Positions 1 to 10,008 of a stretch of 64,000 nucleotides of DNA are shown here, piece after piece. The position numbers and the translations under genes are program-made. The stretch is from an uncultured virus (IMG/VR IMGVR_UViG_2912869438_000005) (taxonomy: Duplodnaviria > Heunggongvirae > Uroviricota > Caudoviricetes): the IMG/VR virus record IMGVR_UViG_2912869438_000005, positions 62,001-126,000 of that record. The stretch is one strand, 5' to 3'. Within the stretch, counting starts at the first letter, position 1; each line of letters starts with the position of its first letter. Below the pieces are notes generated by a model. It was not told the DNA's origin, searched no databases, and saw only the letters and a list, made by a program, of their open reading frames with translations.

Positions 1-32
1 AAGATAGAACAGATTAAAAATACTGGAGGTAA

Positions 33-257
33 ATGAATTTTGCTGAACAAGTTGAGGAATTGAATAATGAGGAACTAAGAGAAGCATTTTTTGAAATTCA
101 AGAGTTTCGAAAGACAGGAGTTTTAAAGATTGATGGAATATATAGAAGAGTGGTTGAAGAATATGAAAAAGAGACTGGGCAAGAAATTTTTTCTCCACCA
201 AGCATGAGAGAATTTTTCTTATTCGAGATGGCAAAAAGAGCATATATGAAAGAGTGA
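33..257 (+). CDS. hypothetical phage protein (74 aa)
   Basis: ORF with GGAGGT RBS. Confidence 0.7.
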   Translation: MNFAEQVEELNNEELREAFFEIQEFRKTGVLKIDGIYRRVVEEYEKETGQEIFSPPSMREFFLFEMAKRAYMKE

Positions 258-487
258 TAGGAATAAAACGCATTTAGCTATGAAGAAAATAAGTACAAGA
301 ATTCTTAGAGGGAAAGGGAAAAAAAATACCGAAATATAAAATTTACTACGGAGTAGGCGGAACAATTAACGACATCACAAAAGATAATGAAGCTTATGTT
401 TGATTTTGATTTTGTTGATCTAATAGAGAAAGAATCAAGCAATGAACAGGATTTAAAGGCTCTATTATGAGATGGAGGGAAAATGTA

Positions 488-742
488 ATGACAAATCAAT
501 TTAATAAATCATTTACAGAGGCATTGGAAGAACTGGTAAGCGGCAAAGCAGTCTTTGCTCAGGGAGAATTCTTTGAAAAGGGTCTTTATCTTGAGTTTGA
601 TAAAACAGGAGTATTACAAGAAGTAGACGCAAAAGGGACTTTTCGAAAAAGAATAAATGCGATTATTTCTACAGGGATGCTCAAACAAAAATATAAAACG
701 TTTAAAGTTGCAAATAAACAAGAAATTGGATTAAAGGACTAA
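488..742 (+). CDS. hypothetical phage protein
   Basis: ORF 467..742; GGAGG RBS favours the MTNQ start at 488. Confidence 0.65.
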   Translation: MTNQFNKSFTEALEELVSGKAVFAQGEFFEKGLYLEFDKTGVLQEVDAKGTFRKRINAIISTGMLKQKYKTFKVANKQEIGLKD

Positions 743-746
743 AAGG

Positions 747-1076
747 GTGATTATGATGACAACAAAAGAAAGAGAAGTTGTATTGAATTTATTGAAACGC
801 AAAGGATTTGCTTTAAAGACATATGAAGATCAAGGACTTACATTTTATACAGTTACATATAGTGATACTGGGATTGTAAAAGGATTCATTGACAAGTTTT
901 ATGAACCATTAGAAGAGGAAGAGGACTTTGACTGTACAGGTATTGAATTCGTTGTTGAGATCCAAGACGATTTTGAATCCCCTCAATGGTGCTTTACAAA
1001 TGGACTAGAAAAACATCATATTTTCGATAGCGTGAGTGAATTTGTCAAGTTCGTTGAAGAGCTGCCGAATATCTGA
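747..1076 (+). CDS. hypothetical phage protein (109 aa)
   Basis: ORF in co-oriented cluster. Confidence 0.7.
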   Translation: MIMMTTKEREVVLNLLKRKGFALKTYEDQGLTFYTVTYSDTGIVKGFIDKFYEPLEEEEDFDCTGIEFVVEIQDDFESPQWCFTNGLEKHHIFDSVSEFVKFVEELPNI

Positions 1077-1119
1077 ATGAAATTATACTTTAAAATAAAT
1101 TAAAAAACAAGGAAAAGGA

Positions 1120-1347
1120 TTGAGGGAAATGAATAACTTAGAACAACATTTGAAAGAGCAAACAGATGCCTTTCTAATCGATTGCTTTAATGAAATTGAG
1201 GAATGGGGAAAATCTAGAGTCTTGGGGCAGGGGAAGGTCAGAAATCTGTATGAGTCGTTTAATTTGAATATTACTCAACTTCACATGATTAGTCAGGTTA
1301 TTTACAAGGAAATGGCATCACGGTTTGTTGAAAGCAAAGTGGATTGA
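1120..1347 (+). CDS. hypothetical phage protein (75 aa), weakly similar to 33..257
   Basis: LIDCFNEIEEWGKSRVL ... EMASRF resembles LREAFFEIQEFRKTGVL ... EMAKRA. Confidence 0.65.
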   Translation: MREMNNLEQHLKEQTDAFLIDCFNEIEEWGKSRVLGQGKVRNLYESFNLNITQLHMISQVIYKEMASRFVESKVD

Positions 1348-1401
1348 AGATAGGCGAACATAAAAAGAGAAAGGAGGGTATGACAATGCCAGTATGGAGA
1401 C

Positions 1402-1707
1402 ATGAGATTACCGATTAAACAATGCTTAACAAATGAAGAGTCGGATCACGCTGTGCTTCAATTTGTAACAAACACACTTCCTAAATTGAAATTCATTTTA
1501 AGAAGAGAAGAAAGACGAATTGAAAAAGGAAGCGTCCATGCCCTTGATTGGCTTATTGAAAATGGTGGAGATCCTGCAGAATTTGATTTTGATAACTGGG
1601 TTGACGCTTTAAACGAATACCTTAATTGCCTGTATGATATTGGTGACACGGTAACACTTTCTAGAGACTCAAGAGTTAACGATGAGAAATTTTTGTGGAT
1701 TTCCTAA
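1402..1707 (+). CDS. hypothetical phage protein
   Basis: ORF in co-oriented cluster; start uncertain. Confidence 0.6.
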   Translation: MRLPIKQCLTNEESDHAVLQFVTNTLPKLKFILRREERRIEKGSVHALDWLIENGGDPAEFDFDNWVDALNEYLNCLYDIGDTVTLSRDSRVNDEKFLWIS

Positions 1708-1719
1708 TTTTAATAAAGG

Positions 1720-2031
1720 ATGATAAATCAAATGGATAACAGCTCAACTTCAGTCAGATCTTTAATTTTTAGCACGCATATCGAAAGATTGAAAGAGTTG
1801 CTGTTTAAACTGCATGATGGATCAATTACAAAAGAAGAGCTCCGGGAATTATCCAAGATCCATTTAGAGTGTATGGAAATGACCGCGCATGTGGTTGGGG
1901 AAGCAAACGAATTTCTTTTAAAGTCTGATTTGCTTCCTGAAGACGATGCTAAAGAAATAAATGAGCTGCTACATAAGATCAAGGAAAGCAAAAAGGAAAA
2001 GAAAGATTTTTCTGATCAAGAATTAGAATAA
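1720..2031 (+). CDS. hypothetical phage protein (103 aa)
   Basis: ORF; its TAA stop is the first part of a TAAAA-N6-TTTTA site. Confidence 0.65.
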   Translation: MINQMDNSSTSVRSLIFSTHIERLKELLFKLHDGSITKEELRELSKIHLECMEMTAHVVGEANEFLLKSDLLPEDDAKEINELLHKIKESKKEKKDFSDQELE

Positions 2032-2066
2032 AACCAGTCTTTTAACGAAAGAGAGAGGAAAGGTTT

Positions 2067-3164
2067 ATGACAGGAGTTTTAAAAGAAAAAATTAAGAGTT
2101 TAATTGAACTTGGCTATGAAGGGGAGTATTGGGATTTTAAAGAAAAATGGCATGATGACAATGGGAAATTGGTACATGATATTTTATGTTTTGCTAATAC
2201 TTTTCATGACCATGATTGTTATATTATAGTCGGAGTTTCTGATTTAGGTGAAATTAAAGGTTTGGAAGAACATGAAAAGAAAAAACAAGCAAATCTAATA
2301 GATATGCTTAGAAATATTAGCTTTGCTGGTGACAGACCGAAAGTGTTTTTAAAATCATTATTAATAGATGGAAAATTCATTGATGTATTAATCATTCCAA
2401 ATTCAATAAATGTTCCTTATTTTTTGAGGAAACCGTACAGAAAAGTTAAGGAAGGATACATCTATACAAGAACTGGAGATAGTAATACTCCAATTAATCA
2501 AAATTCTTCAATATCAACCATTGAATCGTTATGGAAAAAGCGATTTGGCTTTAACAAAACAGGACTAGAAAGGTTCAGTCATCTTTTGAAAGATAAAGAT
2601 AATTGGAACTCCAATGATTATGGATACTATCATACTCTTAGTCCAGAGTATGCAATGAAATATAAGTTCTCTGATTCATTAAGAGAGACTATATCAGAGT
2701 TCTATTCTTATGTAATGTATAGTGAGCACACGTCAGTTGAGCAAATTGAGCTTGAAGTAAATGGCACAGTTCTTAAGGAAATAGAGTTAATAACATTAGA
2801 TAGCGGGAGGTATACCACACCTTCGCCAGAGTGGGGTTATATCAAATTCAACTTCAATGATGTATTTGATTTTAAGTATTTTATAGTCGATGACCTTAGA
2901 TATAATTTACATTCTTTCTTTATTGATGAAGAAAGCGAAGATGGAATGATCGCTTACAAAAATTTCATGGAAGTTACTTTAACGTTTAAAAACAGTATTG
3001 AGAAAGAAGATTTTGTAAATTTCGTTTATCACAAAGAGGCTGATTTCAAGAATAAGCTTGAACATGAATCTAAGCAATATTTTAAAACGGATAACGAAAT
3101 ATTCCAAAGAAGGATTGTAACAGCTCGCATATTAAAACAAATGCTTGAAGAATTTCGAGGTTAA
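2067..3164 (+). CDS. Schlafen/AlbA_2-domain protein
   Basis: EGEYWDFKEKW ... DILCFAN ... YIIVGVSD ... IYTRTGDSNTP motifs typical of AlbA_2. Confidence 0.8.
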   Translation: MTGVLKEKIKSLIELGYEGEYWDFKEKWHDDNGKLVHDILCFANTFHDHDCYIIVGVSDLGEIKGLEEHEKKKQANLIDMLRNISFAGDRPKVFLKSLLIDGKFIDVLIIPNSINVPYFLRKPYRKVKEGYIYTRTGDSNTPINQNSSISTIESLWKKRFGFNKTGLERFSHLLKDKDNWNSNDYGYYHTLSPEYAMKYKFSDSLRETISEFYSYVMYSEHTSVEQIELEVNGTVLKEIELITLDSGRYTTPSPEWGYIKFNFNDVFDFKYFIVDDLRYNLHSFFIDEESEDGMIAYKNFMEVTLTFKNSIEKEDFVNFVYHKEADFKNKLEHESKQYFKTDNEIFQRRIVTARILKQMLEEFRG

Positions 3165-3469
3165 AAAACTACGATTTTTCAAGAAAGTGTTGGTGAATAC
3201 AATGGTAAAAATGATTACGGTCTGGTACAAATACGATGATAAGCGAAGCGAAACTAAATCATATTGAAGATGGATGGATAAATGAAGACTATCCAAAACC
3301 CAAAGATCCATCATATTCAAATCAAGAAGCTTGGAAGAAAAGTAATTGGGAAAGGAAGCATGCCTATTTAGATGAACAATATCATGTGTTAAATGTTCCA
3401 CCAGCGAATTGGGTTAAATAATGAATAGTTTTAAACTCCAATTTGGAGCTTTAGGAGGGGAGTATACAA

Positions 3470-3685
3470 ATGATCAAGGTTTACACAATAGGTCATGAGA
3501 TACCAAAAAAAATTAAGTCCTGCATTTCTGAATGGAATTACTGGAATTGGATTGTTACTGCAAATACACCAAAGAAAAACAAGGATGCTAAAGAGATCAT
3601 TAACAAAATTGAGCCTGATGCTGATAAAGTTGCAGTATTTAAGAACGGCGATGTTGATGTTAGCTACATGTTTCCCGTTAAGTAG
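3470..3685 (+). CDS. hypothetical protein (71 aa)
   Basis: ORF with strong AGGAGG RBS. Confidence 0.65.
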   Translation: MIKVYTIGHEIPKKIKSCISEWNYWNWIVTANTPKKNKDAKEIINKIEPDADKVAVFKNGDVDVSYMFPVK

Positions 3686-3736
3686 CTTTAAATAAAAGAA
3701 GCATTTTAACCTAACCGGGCAACAGAAGAAGAGAGG

Positions 3737-3916
3737 CTAAATGCTCTTCTTCATCCCGCAGCGGCGACATTCACGCAGGAATATACCGTCTTTGACTGAG
3801 CTCTTGAAAAGTGTATAGTCGCAATTGTCGCAGCGGCCGTAATGTACATCAGGATACTCTTTATAATCGTAGACAATTGAAGTATCATAACCCTTTGTTT
3901 CAAACTCTTTCTCCAT
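3737..3916 (-). CDS. small Zn-ribbon protein, 59 aa (not in ORF track)
   Basis: MEKEFETKGYDTSIVYDYKEYPDVHYGRCDNCDYTLFKSSVKDGIFLRECRRCGMKKSI; GAAGGTG RBS; two CxxC motifs. Confidence 0.75.
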   Translation of the reverse strand: MEKEFETKGYDTSIVYDYKEYPDVHYGRCDNCDYTLFKSSVKDGIFLRECRRCGMKKSI

Positions 3917-4008
3917 GAAATCACCTTCATAAAATAAAGTCAGCTTTATAAGAATAACAAACCTTGATACTCAAATACAGATCTATTTTAAAGAAATGGG
4001 GAGATCAA

Positions 4009-4464
4009 ATGAAACTACCAATTGATATCGAATGGAATGAATTTAGCAGTGGTAAAAGGATTGAAGACATTGAAGGCTTGATGGAAGCCAACAAATTAAA
4101 CAACAATGATTTTAACTACTTTTTTGAATTGCATGAAGATGAAAATGCTGTAGTTTTTGTAAACGTTGCAGGTTATGAGCTTGAGGAAGAAGATATTGAA
4201 AGTGGTGTTGGACGAGTTTTTCAAACTGAAACTGCAATAATTATCAAAAATGCGAACAATGTAAAGCTAATCAATGAACTGCGTTTTGGTGGTGATTATA
4301 ATGGAGACATGCTTGATGAATTGAATAACTTGTTAAAAGATAAACCTGTTTGGACATTGGATGATTTTGAAAAAGGTGGCGTAAAAATAAATGTTAACGG
4401 CTATGATCCTTTCAGATATTCTTGGTACAACTACATCGATGAAAAACAGAGCATTATCGCTTAA
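4009..4464 (+). CDS. hypothetical acidic phage protein
   Basis: ORF 3964..4464; GGGGAG RBS favours the MKLP start at 4009. Confidence 0.7.
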   Translation: MKLPIDIEWNEFSSGKRIEDIEGLMEANKLNNNDFNYFFELHEDENAVVFVNVAGYELEEEDIESGVGRVFQTETAIIIKNANNVKLINELRFGGDYNGDMLDELNNLLKDKPVWTLDDFEKGGVKINVNGYDPFRYSWYNYIDEKQSIIA

Positions 4465-4571
4465 AATACTAATTAAAAGAATAAACAAAATATTAACAAT
4501 AGCATAACAGCCGCTGACAGTAATTATGGCCAATTTAAACAAATTAAAAGTGTAAACGAGGAGTGATTGAG

Positions 4572-4670
4572 TTGACTATTGAAAATTGGAGAGACAGTTT
4601 AATTTTTATTGGTGTTATGAGTTTGGGGTTGACTGCGCTTATATTATCTCTTGCACATTTCGGCCAATAA
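4572..4670 (+). CDS. 32-aa single-TM peptide (not in ORF track)
   Basis: GAGGAG RBS, TTG start, MTIENWRDSLIFIGVMSLGLTALILSLAHFGQ. Confidence 0.55.
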   Translation: MTIENWRDSLIFIGVMSLGLTALILSLAHFGQ

Positions 4671-4735
4671 TTCTTTACTTTGTTGTATAATGGTAATCAG
4701 ATAAAATAATCATTTTACGTAGAGAGGGGTTAAGC

Positions 4736-5112
4736 TTGGTACTCAAAGAAAGAGGGCAAATAGATCAAGATTTGGTGCTGAAGAAATCGCTGATTATTTA
4801 AGATTAAGAGGCTTTAAGCCGAAAGTAGATGCAATGCATTTTGGAGACCATTCCGGGGGAAGCATTACCTTTTGGCACAGACTCAGAAGATATTATATAG
4901 TTCTTGTTCAGTTTGATAAACCAGGAGATAAAGATCCATTAAGTAGCAAAAATGGTTTTACTCAATTAGGAATGGATTCTAAAGGACGAGCAGAAGAGAT
5001 AATGATGCATTTGGTAGCATATTTTAATGGGTGGTATCGGACAAATAAGGAGCCATTCCCAGAGGAAGAAGAATGGCTTAACTTATATCTTGAATACAAT
5101 GAAAATGAATAA
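4736..5112 (+). pseudogene. hypothetical protein, apparent single-base frameshift near 4754
   Basis: RBS+TTG at 4736 is one base out of frame with the open frame that runs into ORF 4834..5112. Confidence 0.5.
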
Positions 5113-5156
5113 AATTTATTAATTTATTGATTAGAGATATATTTAAGGAGTAAATT

Positions 5157-5564
5157 ATGTTTTTAATAGCGTTTGTATTCGCGTACTTTATAAAGGAGCC
5201 GATATTAAGTTTTGGGACGATTTTTCTTTTCATCTATGGATTTATATTTTCTTCTAAAGGCATTAAAGCTAAAAAACATTACCGAATAAATCTTTTCAGA
5301 GGCTATTTTGTCTTGCAATACCTTTCCTTAATTTTTTTATGTATTTGTCTACGATAGGCGGTAATGCGGGGTTTGGACGTTTAGTCCACTTACTATAATA
5401 CAAAAGCTTTCTTTCTTGGTGCAAGTTATCTTGATATTCTTACCTGAATTTTGTGTATTTTTGTCTCAGAAAAATGTCATTCATGTTGATGAACGAAAAA
5501 AGAAATTAGGAACAACTCTGTATCCAGTTGCATTGATTCTAACAATTTGTATGGCATATGATTA
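5157..5564 (+). pseudogene. probably degraded membrane-protein gene
   Basis: Hydrophobic 66-aa ORF followed by further hydrophobic coding-like sequence in another frame. Confidence 0.4.
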
Positions 5565-5638
5565 AGGTTAATTGTAAATAAAAACATTACATTAACGGGA
5601 AGTAGCATATTTCTTCAGGTTGTCTATAATAGTTAAAT

Positions 5639-6508
5639 ATGAAAGTGGGTATTGCTTTGAATGTCGAAAATGTGCTTAAGAAGATAACCCCTAATAACCA
5701 TAATATAATTTCAACTAGATATCATCGAATTGTACGCTCAATCAATTCATATTATTGGGGAATAGATTCTAGTCGACAGAATTGCAGATACGTAGGATCT
5801 TATGGGAGAGGAACGGCTATTGATGGATTTTCAGATGTAGATATGATAGTTGTTTTGCCTGAAACGTATTATGAAAGGTTTAGAAAGTACCAACATAATG
5901 GTCAATCGGCACTTATTCAAAATGTCAAAAGGGCATTGAATTTTACTTATTCCCGTTCCTTCACTAAGGGAGATGGACAAGTGATAGTTATTGAATTTTC
6001 AGACGGGATTAAGTTTGAAATAGTCCCAGCATTTAAGATAAAGGACACATATACTTATCCGGATTCTAATGAATCGGGTAGTTGGAAAAAATGCAATCCT
6101 CTAAAAGAAATTGAAGCTGTTAATCTTATTAATAAGTATCATAATGGGAAGCTGAAAAACTTATGTAAACTTACTAGAGCTTGGAAAAAAGAAAACAACA
6201 TAAACATCTCAGGAATACTAATTGATGCATTAGCCGCGATGTATATGTTGTATCTAAAGGAAGAGCAAAAATCTTGGGACTACAAGTTTTTGTTTACTGA
6301 CTTCCTAAATTATTTAGGTAGTCAGTTTCAAAAAAACAGTTGGCTGATTTGTGGAAGTTGGGATGTAATTCAAAGAAACAATATGGAGTTTGAAGATTGT
6401 GCTCTTCAATCAGCTAGTTATTGCATAAAAGCAATGAAATATGAATTCGATAAAGATTATAGCTTAGCGGATACGTATTGGGAAAAAATATTTGGAAATG
6501 TTATATAA
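5639..6508 (+). CDS. SMODS / CD-NTase-like nucleotidyltransferase
   Basis: VGSYGRGTAIDGFSDVDM (GS...DxD), GDGQVIVIEFSDGIKFEIVPAF, YPDSN.SGSWKKCNP. Confidence 0.88.
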   Translation: MKVGIALNVENVLKKITPNNHNIISTRYHRIVRSINSYYWGIDSSRQNCRYVGSYGRGTAIDGFSDVDMIVVLPETYYERFRKYQHNGQSALIQNVKRALNFTYSRSFTKGDGQVIVIEFSDGIKFEIVPAFKIKDTYTYPDSNESGSWKKCNPLKEIEAVNLINKYHNGKLKNLCKLTRAWKKENNINISGILIDALAAMYMLYLKEEQKSWDYKFLFTDFLNYLGSQFQKNSWLICGSWDVIQRNNMEFEDCALQSASYCIKAMKYEFDKDYSLADTYWEKIFGNVI

Positions 6509-6518
6509 GGAGTGGGCA

Positions 6519-7090
6519 ATGGAAAATAATATTCACAATATTTTAGACACATTTGGAAAAATAGTATACACTCATAAAACTCATGAAAAGGCTATTGAAA
6601 GAATTGAAAAAAAGATTAGTAGACTGAAAGTTTTTCAGATTATTTTACTTTCATTAACTACTGTTGGCGTTGCTTCATCATTCACAGATGTGCTTTCACC
6701 TTTGATCTCGAATACCTCAACAATATTTCATTTTGTGAATATAGTGGTGTTGATTATTTCATTAGTTGCAACCTTCCTATCTGTTTATGACATGTCTAGT
6801 TCAGATAGAGATATACTATATGATCATAAAAACACAGCCAAACAACTTTTATATATAAGAGAGCAATACTTAATTTTAATAGCAGACTATAAAGATTCTG
6901 CAGTCAACACAGATGAATTAATAAAAAAAGAAATGAACTACTCGAAAAGCTTACCAATCTGTATAACAATGCTCCTTCTACAACTTCAAAAGATTATAAA
7001 AAGGCTCAAAAATCGTTGAAAGATGAAGATGAATTTACTTTTGAAGAAGGGGAAGTTAACAGATTTTTACCTCCATCAATGAGAGGTTAA
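6519..7090 (+). CDS. SLATT-type two-TM effector, frameshifted at A7 (6923-6929)
   Basis: FGKIVYTHKTHEK and two TM helices; the -1 frame supplies the family-typical C-terminus RNELLEKLTNLYNNAPSTTSKDYKKAQKSLKDEDEFTFEEGEVNRFLP to TAA 7090. Confidence 0.78.
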
Positions 7091-7108
7091 AAAAATAATG
7101 AAAGGTTT

Positions 7109-7720
7109 TTGTATATGGAGAATCAAATAGTAAATGTGATATGGAATATATGGAGCTGGTTTCTTTCTAACACGGGAAGCTTGGGGATGTTTGTTTTAAC
7201 AATTTTTATTGCATATTACTCTAAAAAATCTTCAAAAGCTAGCTTAGAAGCTGCTCAACTAGCTAAAAAAGAGTACGAAAGTAAAAAGGAACCAGAAATA
7301 ATAATCTATTTTGAGTTAAATGAATTTAGGCTGGATTTTAAATTGAAAAACATTGGAAACGGTGTTGCAACCAATGTAATTATCAAATTAGAAGAAAAGA
7401 GCGGTAATTTCCACAACAGCTATATGCATAAAATGGAAAACGGAATCTTTAACACCAGTATTCTGACATTTGCTCCTAGTCAAGAAATCAAAGGTATTGC
7501 TGCTGAAGTTTCTGATATTAAAGGTGATTCTGGATATCCAGTATTCACATGTAATATCAATTACCATGATAAGAATGGAAGATTGTACAATAAAAGTTAT
7601 GACTTTGATTTGAATTATATAGCCGGACTAGTTTGGACTAAAAAAGCTACCTTAGATAAGGTTGCTGAAAGTTTAAAGGGGATTGAAAAGGAAATAAAGA
7701 AACTTCATTCCAAGTCTTAA
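7109..7720 (+). CDS. membrane-anchored hypothetical protein (203 aa)
   Basis: N-terminal TM segment followed by a soluble beta-rich domain. Confidence 0.7.
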   Translation: MYMENQIVNVIWNIWSWFLSNTGSLGMFVLTIFIAYYSKKSSKASLEAAQLAKKEYESKKEPEIIIYFELNEFRLDFKLKNIGNGVATNVIIKLEEKSGNFHNSYMHKMENGIFNTSILTFAPSQEIKGIAAEVSDIKGDSGYPVFTCNINYHDKNGRLYNKSYDFDLNYIAGLVWTKKATLDKVAESLKGIEKEIKKLHSKS

Positions 7721-7811
7721 TTTTGTGAGGGTTCTTCTTTTAAATTTATTTTATTTTAATTTTACGCTCTTTCAATAAAATAATTGTTTTAAAGTCATTT
7801 GGAGGTGTTTC

Positions 7812-8027
7812 ATGAGAGACGATGAGCGAATTAACAGAATTGCAGGGGTGATTACTCAAATATGGGAGCAGCAGCACGACAAAAGCTTTTTGCAACTCAT
7901 TGAGACTTTGAAAAGTGACTACATTATGCGGCAGACTGGATATGTAGAGAAAGAAGTCTTTATTATGGATGATGAGTTTGAGATGTTCCTAAAAGAGCAT
8001 CTTAATAACGTAATAGGAGAGAGGTAG
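7812..8027 (+). CDS. hypothetical phage protein (71 aa)
   Basis: GGAGGTG RBS; lies between palindrome copies 7776 and 8037. Confidence 0.75.
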   Translation: MRDDERINRIAGVITQIWEQQHDKSFLQLIETLKSDYIMRQTGYVEKEVFIMDDEFEMFLKEHLNNVIGER

Positions 8028-8213
8028 ACTTAACAATAAAATTGTTCTTTTACACATGAAAGGAAATACATTGATAAAAATGATTATATTGTAACAAAAG
8101 GTGTTTACATACATTATACTATAGGTTAATATAATCTTGTGTTTTAGTGAGAAGGGGGGGAATGAGGTTATTTATTTGAATTTTTAAATATTGTTTGTGA
8201 GAAGGAAGCCTGA

Positions 8214-9146
8214 ATGAAAAGATCGAAGATTGTGTTTCTATTTGTTTCTTGCTTATTTGTGATTTTTGCAGTTGGCTTATATTTGATGTGTATTGGTGAT
8301 ATTTCTAAAGATAGGAGTGCTACATCTAGTACAAATAAGAAAGAAGACCTGATGTGGGGGTATGAAATTATTGGCCAAGAAGCGCGCAATAATGATACAG
8401 AGCCTGTCAAAATAGCTATTCTTGATAGTGGCATTAATAAGTCACATAAAGAGTTTAATAATATAACCTTTTATGAATTCAATGCTATTGCCCCTAGTAA
8501 ATCCGTTAAAGATGAGTATGGTCACGGTACAGCAATTGCTGGAATAATAGCTGCAGGCGGTGAAGAGATAAAAGGGATTTCACAGAATGCTACTTTATAT
8601 GATGTTAAAGTACTAGATAGTAGTGGTAAAGGCAAAGTTAAGGATGTTGTTAGGGGAATCAATTGGTGTATTGAACAAAAAATAGATATTATTAATATAA
8701 GTTTTGGATTTGAAAAAGACTACGATGACTTGCGTAATGCTATTAACAATGCTTTACATAACAACATAATTATTACTGCTGCCTCTGGAAATACTTTAGG
8801 CCTTACTGTTGAATACCCAGCGAAATATAGAGGAGTCTTATCTATTTCCTCTTTTGATGAAAAATTGAAAATTGATCCGGTATCAGCAAAAGGCAAAATT
8901 GATTTTTCAGCTCCAGGAGTAAATATAAAATCAATAAATAAAGACGGAAGTTATATAAAGGTAGGAGGCACATCCTTTGCAACTGCGTTTGCAACTGGTG
9001 CTATTGGCTGTTTAATTTCAAAAAAGAAAATATCTAAAGAAAATTTTCATCAAACACTCAAGAAGTATGCGGTTGATTTAGGTAGTTCCGGGTATGACAA
9101 AGAGTTTGGTCATGGAATGATTATTTGTAACAAAGGAGAGAAGTAG
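8214..9146 (+). CDS. S8 subtilisin-like serine peptidase, membrane-anchored or secreted
   Basis: Catalytic motifs IAILDSG, GHGTAIAGII, GTSFATA; N-terminal hydrophobic segment. Confidence 0.93.
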   Translation: MKRSKIVFLFVSCLFVIFAVGLYLMCIGDISKDRSATSSTNKKEDLMWGYEIIGQEARNNDTEPVKIAILDSGINKSHKEFNNITFYEFNAIAPSKSVKDEYGHGTAIAGIIAAGGEEIKGISQNATLYDVKVLDSSGKGKVKDVVRGINWCIEQKIDIINISFGFEKDYDDLRNAINNALHNNIIITAASGNTLGLTVEYPAKYRGVLSISSFDEKLKIDPVSAKGKIDFSAPGVNIKSINKDGSYIKVGGTSFATAFATGAIGCLISKKKISKENFHQTLKKYAVDLGSSGYDKEFGHGMIICNKGEK

Positions 9147-9147
9147 T

Positions 9148-10008
9148 GTGAAAAAGACTTTAATAAGAATTCTTATATTTACGTTAGTTTTATCTGGGGT
9201 TTTACCTGGGTTTGCAAGCGCAGAAACAATTGAAAATAAAATTGAGAACGATACCAAAACTGTAGGTATTGAAGAAAATACAAATAAAGCGTATGAAGTA
9301 AATGTTGAAAAAGAGTTTGGGGTTGCTCTTGAAAAAGATATTGAGATGGCTGTTGAAGAAAATTCAGATGAAGTGAATGTTACTACTAAGCTTGAAGCTG
9401 AGAATACTAATATTCAAACTGATATGAATATTAATCAGGAAACCGGTGAAATCACAGTTACTGGTATTAGAGAATTAGAAAACGGTGAAAAAGAAATTAA
9501 CCATTACAATGTATTGATTGAAGAGATTGAGGGGACTGATTTTAAAGCTACGTTTGTGGATCAAAAAACGGGCGAACATTATAAAATTAGCACCTTAGAA
9601 GCTCAAGCTTCCATCGTCCCTGCAATAATAGTTGGAGTTGTTGCTAAGTTTGGTATAAAGTGGGCTATTAAAAAATACGGGAAAAAACTTATTATAAAAA
9701 CATTTAAAAAAACAGCAATTAAGCAGGCTATAAAAAAAGTTTCAAAGTTTTCTGTTAGCAATAAACATCTCAGTAATGCCGGAGGTAGATACAGAAAATT
9801 TAATACTACAAGTAAAAGCACAGTGAATAAATGGATAAAGGAGGCTTTACAATCCAAGAATCTTTCCTTTACTATAAATGATAATAAAAAATTATCATTT
9901 GTCATCACTGCAAATTTAAAAAAGAAAATCGGAACAAAAGGTGAGACAAAAATAAAAATAGTAATAGGATGGGATGGTAAGATATGGACGGCGTATCCAA
10001 TCAAGTAG
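9148..10008 (+). CDS. secreted polymorphic-toxin-like protein (SAR2788-like architecture)
   Basis: Signal peptide, acidic beta domain, EAQA-SIVPAIIVGVVAKFG hydrophobic helix, basic C-terminal domain ending GWDGKIWTAYPIK. Confidence 0.72.
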   Translation: MKKTLIRILIFTLVLSGVLPGFASAETIENKIENDTKTVGIEENTNKAYEVNVEKEFGVALEKDIEMAVEENSDEVNVTTKLEAENTNIQTDMNINQETGEITVTGIRELENGEKEINHYNVLIEEIEGTDFKATFVDQKTGEHYKISTLEAQASIVPAIIVGVVAKFGIKWAIKKYGKKLIIKTFKKTAIKQAIKKVSKFSVSNKHLSNAGGRYRKFNTTSKSTVNKWIKEALQSKNLSFTINDNKKLSFVITANLKKKIGTKGETKIKIVIGWDGKIWTAYPIK

